The notes beneath the pieces are model-generated. The model saw only the letters and a list, made by a program, of their open reading frames with translations, had not been told where the DNA came from and made no database searches. Positions 60,714 through 64,000 of a stretch of 64,000 nucleotides of DNA are shown one piece after another. The translations under genes were made by a program, and so were the position numbers. Every line of letters starts with the position of its first letter. The stretch's first letter is position 1. This stretch comes from a virus. Where the stretch lies: IMG/VR virus record IMGVR_UViG_3300045988_107814, positions 96,001 to 160,000 of that record. One strand, 5' to 3'.

Positions 60714-63035
60714 TTAAACTTCACTAAGGTATGAAGACTCATTAAGTCTGAACTCATCAAGAGTAAGAATCTTAACTCCATACTTATTAGCTTTATCCAC
60801 CTTTGATGAAGTATAACCAACAAATGGAATCAACAAGAAGTCTGTTGTTTTTGTAACAGAACCTTCAGAACAATCATGACCTTGAATACTCAATCTGTTC
60901 TCAAGTTCCTTATCTCTTACACCAGAGAATCTGATAGTCTTACATAAAGTTACCTTATCATTCTCTAGTCCTTTACTTGTAATAACATTTGGCATATTGT
61001 TACAAATATATACTAGATCTTTGATAAAGAACTGTCGCTCTTTGATAATAGTAGTGGCTGTTTTAGGACCGATACCCCTACCGCTATTCTCAAGTTTATA
61101 ATATAATGACATATCACTATCTGTTGCAAGTTCATGCAATGACACTTTCTTCAAGATTAGTTTCCATTTCTTGTCTCCAATATCAGAGAAACCAAGAGAA
61201 CCAAGCAGAATATAATCTGGTACTTTAGAATCATATAAATGATCAATAGCCTTGATTAGATTTTCTGCATTTGTAGGACCAAGTGCCTTTGCTCTTTCTT
61301 CAGTCATTGACATAAGATCGTTAAATGATGTTAAATTAAGGGTCTTAATAGTTTCTTCAGAGAATCCTTTAAATCCTAATTTATTAACCATATTAACTAC
61401 TCTTGCCCTTGTTCTACCTGGACAACCAATATTACTACAGAATACACTTTTACTTGTATCTGATACAGATAACGGTTGACCACATTCTGGACAATTAGTA
61501 ATAAATCCAAAAGGTTTCAATGGATTGAAATCATTCTCAGGTACATTAGCTTTGTGGACATATGCCATTACATCATTAGTAAATTCAATTTCCAAGATAT
61601 CATTAGGTCTTAGATTTAACTTCATGAATCTAGCATAACTATGACCAGAACTCTTTGTGTTGATCATACCATAAAACTCTACTGGATCATAATGAATCAT
61701 CGGTGTTATATCGCCAGTAGCACCAACAGTATAACTAATTCCTCTACAACGAGTAAGTTTCTTTTTGGTTTGAAACTTAATTGCAATAGAATACTCATTA
61801 ATTGAATTAGATCTACCAAGAGTTTTTCTAATTTGAGGATCTAGATAAGATACAACTACTCCATCATACATAAATGGAAGAACATCTCTTACTGCTTGTG
61901 CTTCTTCTACGAATTTCTTTACTAAGAATAATACCTTGTTATAATCTCCACGAACAACTGTATATCTACAAGGTTCACCAGTAGCATAATATTTGTTCAT
62001 GAATTCAAGCTCTACATCTCTAGTCATATTATCATGACTTGTCTGCAATGGAACTAAAGTAATATACTTAGCATATTTTGAAGCCTTAGAATTACCAAGA
62101 ATACCAATAATAGCATTTCTTGCATTTGCATACGTTTTACCACATTCTGCATTGAGCTGTCTGATAGCATTATACGAAATAACTGCTTCAAACTTCATAC
62201 CAAATGGTTTAATATCAAATTTACCTACAGACTTAGTAAAGGTATATCCTTGAAGAATAGATGTCAGATCAGATGCTTTATCCATTTGGGTTTCACCTCT
62301 GGTTCTAGCACTTAATACTTTATCTGTTACTTCAGCTTCGATACTAACACCATCATATTTAAGCTCTAACACAAGCTCAATATAGTTTGGATTTATGATT
62401 CCTGCTTGTACATGTTTTCTCAAGAAATCTCTTTCAAATACACGTACATTGGGGTCATTATAAACTCCACAATTAATAGCTTCGCTATCCAATACAAACT
62501 TAGCTTTGTGAAGTGTTCCAACCAATTGAGGATACTTATGACTAGTATTTCTCAATCTCTTGGAAATAGTTTTATTCTCTTGAGAATCTACAAATTTAGA
62601 TTGACCATAAGAATTACGTTTAGTAAGTTCATTACCGAATAAAAATCCATTTGTATTCATATAAGGTTGAAACTCAAACAATGATCCTTTAGGTTCTTCA
62701 TCAACAAACTCTACATCAGACGTAGAGAAGTTTGTTAATTCTACTGGTTCTGCACCTACTTGAAAATTTGGATTATATCTCTTATACTTTTCAAGAAGCA
62801 TATCATAAACACCATCTTCAAGAACGAGAATACTTCTATCAGTGTTGTTATAGATAATATTAGAGATATGCAAGATATCATCTACAATACCTTGCTCAAC
62901 TTCTGTCAGTGGTTCTTTGTTTAATAGATATACAATATAGCTATTAATATTAGCGATGACATCTTGTGTTAAACAAGATGCATCACCAGCTAACAGTTTT
63001 TCCACAATTGAATGCATAGGTGAAATGTTGTTCAT
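60714..63035 (-). CDS. ligA: NAD-dependent DNA ligase (LigA) with an N-terminal extension, 773 aa
   Basis: Adenylation motif ELKYDGVSIE (KxDG), TRGE, FMYDGVVVS, IAIKFQ, Zn finger CPECGQPL...CSNIGCPG, HhH-like region and a BRCT-like C-terminus. Confidence 0.85.
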   Translation of the reverse strand: MNNISPMHSIVEKLLAGDASCLTQDVIANINSYIVYLLNKEPLTEVEQGIVDDILHISNIIYNNTDRSILVLEDGVYDMLLEKYKRYNPNFQVGAEPVELTNFSTSDVEFVDEEPKGSLFEFQPYMNTNGFLFGNELTKRNSYGQSKFVDSQENKTISKRLRNTSHKYPQLVGTLHKAKFVLDSEAINCGVYNDPNVRVFERDFLRKHVQAGIINPNYIELVLELKYDGVSIEAEVTDKVLSARTRGETQMDKASDLTSILQGYTFTKSVGKFDIKPFGMKFEAVISYNAIRQLNAECGKTYANARNAIIGILGNSKASKYAKYITLVPLQTSHDNMTRDVELEFMNKYYATGEPCRYTVVRGDYNKVLFLVKKFVEEAQAVRDVLPFMYDGVVVSYLDPQIRKTLGRSNSINEYSIAIKFQTKKKLTRCRGISYTVGATGDITPMIHYDPVEFYGMINTKSSGHSYARFMKLNLRPNDILEIEFTNDVMAYVHKANVPENDFNPLKPFGFITNCPECGQPLSVSDTSKSVFCSNIGCPGRTRARVVNMVNKLGFKGFSEETIKTLNLTSFNDLMSMTEERAKALGPTNAENLIKAIDHLYDSKVPDYILLGSLGFSDIGDKKWKLILKKVSLHELATDSDMSLYYKLENSGRGIGPKTATTIIKERQFFIKDLVYICNNMPNVITSKGLENDKVTLCKTIRFSGVRDKELENRLSIQGHDCSEGSVTKTTDFLLIPFVGYTSSKVDKANKYGVKILTLDEFRLNESSYLSEV

Positions 63036-64000
63036 TTATTTTCATCTCCCATAAATTTAAACAATTGTCCTTGTACTTTGTTTACTGGGACGAACAAAGC
63101 GTCGATATCTGGATTGTTATCATAAGGTACAAACAATTTAGATTGTGCCTCATTAACATCAGTAAACAGACCATTTGAATCCCAGCCAACAAAATAGAAC
63201 AATGTGTCTTGTTGTTCTGTCGCAATGTCATTATACTTAATAGGAACTTTCTTAAATTCACAAGCAACACCCATGACTTTAAGAGTTGCATTAAGAATTT
63301 CTGCACTGCGAGACTTACCATCCTCATCCAATACTACATTGAATTCATATGATTCAAGCATATTCTTACTACCTCTTCTTGCTTGAGGAGAAGTACTATA
63401 AATCATAAGAACTGTAACATTGACTTCAGGCCCCATAAGCATATAGATATTTTGCTCCATCTCACCATTTCTAATAGGTGTATTAGATGTAACACGCATA
63501 AACATCTTTGCTGCTTTTGATTTAGAGTTTAGACCTCTTACATTGGTTGCAGACATAGAAGTAGCAGAATGTTTTTCTTCCGAATTCTGCTTCATTCTAT
63601 ATATATACTGCTTTGCAACAATACTAGGTTTATTACTCTTTACCCATCTAGTATTTCCTCTAGAATCTTTGATAGGCACAATTGTAAATACAGGTTTGAT
63701 CCATGGGAATGTATTATATAATTCCACCAAAGTATCAAATGACACTGCATCTGAAATAGGTTCAAGAGGAATATATAATCCATCTGAATCTTCTGTTAAA
63801 CAACTTACAACATTAAAACAAGCTTCTTGATCATTAATACTACTATCGATAGCATCCATAAAATATCTATCCCAATCATCTGATAAAATGCTAAAATACT
63901 CGTGCAATAATCCAACACACATTTCAACATCAAATGACATAGTAGCCATATATCTGATGATATTCTCAGATATAAAGTTAAGCGATACCTCGTTCAACTG
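63032..64000 (-). CDS. RNAP beta-subunit C-terminal-fragment-like protein (5' end outside the window)
   Basis: The frame is open to nt 64000; the 'start' at 63997 is a TTG. QYIYRMKQNSEEKHSATSMSATN...PIRNGEMEQNIYMLMGPEVNVTVLMIYSTSPQARRG parallels RpoB Y..KL.H.V.DK.HARS.GP...QP..G....GGQRFGEME.WAL.AYGA...L.E.LT.KSDD..GR. The GEME codons are at 63452-63469. Confidence 0.6.
   Translation of the reverse strand, partial: QLNEVSLNFISENIIRYMATMSFDVEMCVGLLHEYFSILSDDWDRYFMDAIDSSINDQEACFNVVSCLTEDSDGLYIPLEPISDAVSFDTLVELYNTFPWIKPVFTIVPIKDSRGNTRWVKSNKPSIVAKQYIYRMKQNSEEKHSATSMSATNVRGLNSKSKAAKMFMRVTSNTPIRNGEMEQNIYMLMGPEVNVTVLMIYSTSPQARRGSKNMLESYEFNVVLDEDGKSRSAEILNATLKVMGVACEFKKVPIKYNDIATEQQDTLFYFVGWDSNGLFTDVNEAQSKLFVPYDNNPDIDALFVPVNKVQGQLFKFMGDENK

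Noticed and set aside
1-64000. Alternative genetic code (stop-codon reassignment), as reported for some huge gut phages.
   Set aside because: All long ORFs are uninterrupted under the standard code and end at TAA (a few at TGA) directly before terminators or the next RBS. No suppressor tRNA is supported.

Overview
This 64-kb window is very AT-rich (about 30% G+C by eye) and almost entirely coding. Ribosome-binding sites are strong AGGAGG types, and TAA is nearly the only stop codon. I saw no rRNA, integrase, transposase, reverse transcriptase or CRISPR array. It reads as an internal piece of a large (jumbo-class) tailed phage. A low-GC Gram-positive host is likely, inferred from the SD strength and a Hol118-like holin.

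Layout, left to right:
- 1-7161: the 3' part of a giant tape-measure-like polyprotein with four cell-wall hydrolase/peptidase modules.
- 7.2-17.6 kb: large proteins of unknown function (possibly virion-associated, inferred only from their size and position next to the tape measure) plus a RusA-like resolvase.
- 17.7-28.3 kb: a plus-strand operon ending in five tandem paralogues. Two of these are a mosaic of 100%-identical and unrelated blocks.
- 28.3-39.1 kb: a minus-strand block with dCTP deaminase, ThyX, a dNMP-kinase-like gene, a PC4/YdbC-like ssDNA-binding protein and a 1038-aa protein with a permuted papain-like domain.
- 40.6-42.2 kb: an ABC exporter.
- 42.29-42.84 kb: three tRNAs (Leu-UAG, Leu-UAA, Met-CAU). 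The Leu-UAA gene is split by a 292-nt ORF-less group I intron at the U34/A35 position.
- 43.5-48.7 kb: a 1735-aa protein whose C-terminal third is RNA polymerase beta-like.
- 49.5-52.2 kb: a Rad50/SbcC-like ATPase.
- 52.4-57.3 kb: tRNA-Pro, a TerD-domain protein, a ~650-nt gene-free hairpin-dense region, tRNA-Lys and a holin.
- 57.3-64.0 kb: separate beta-N-like and beta-C-like RNAP fragments with NAD-dependent DNA ligase between them.

Items most worth follow-up:
1. The ornate non-coding region at 54.9-55.5 kb, which is either a large ncRNA or an iteron-type origin.
2. A duplicated ~150-nt leader whose two helices covary in a pseudoknot topology.
3. The intron-containing tRNA-Leu.
4. A family of promoter-like boxes that define four self-contained, high-GC3 expression cassettes.
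5. The mosaic paralogue pair.

All functional calls rest on motifs I recognised by eye. No searches were run.
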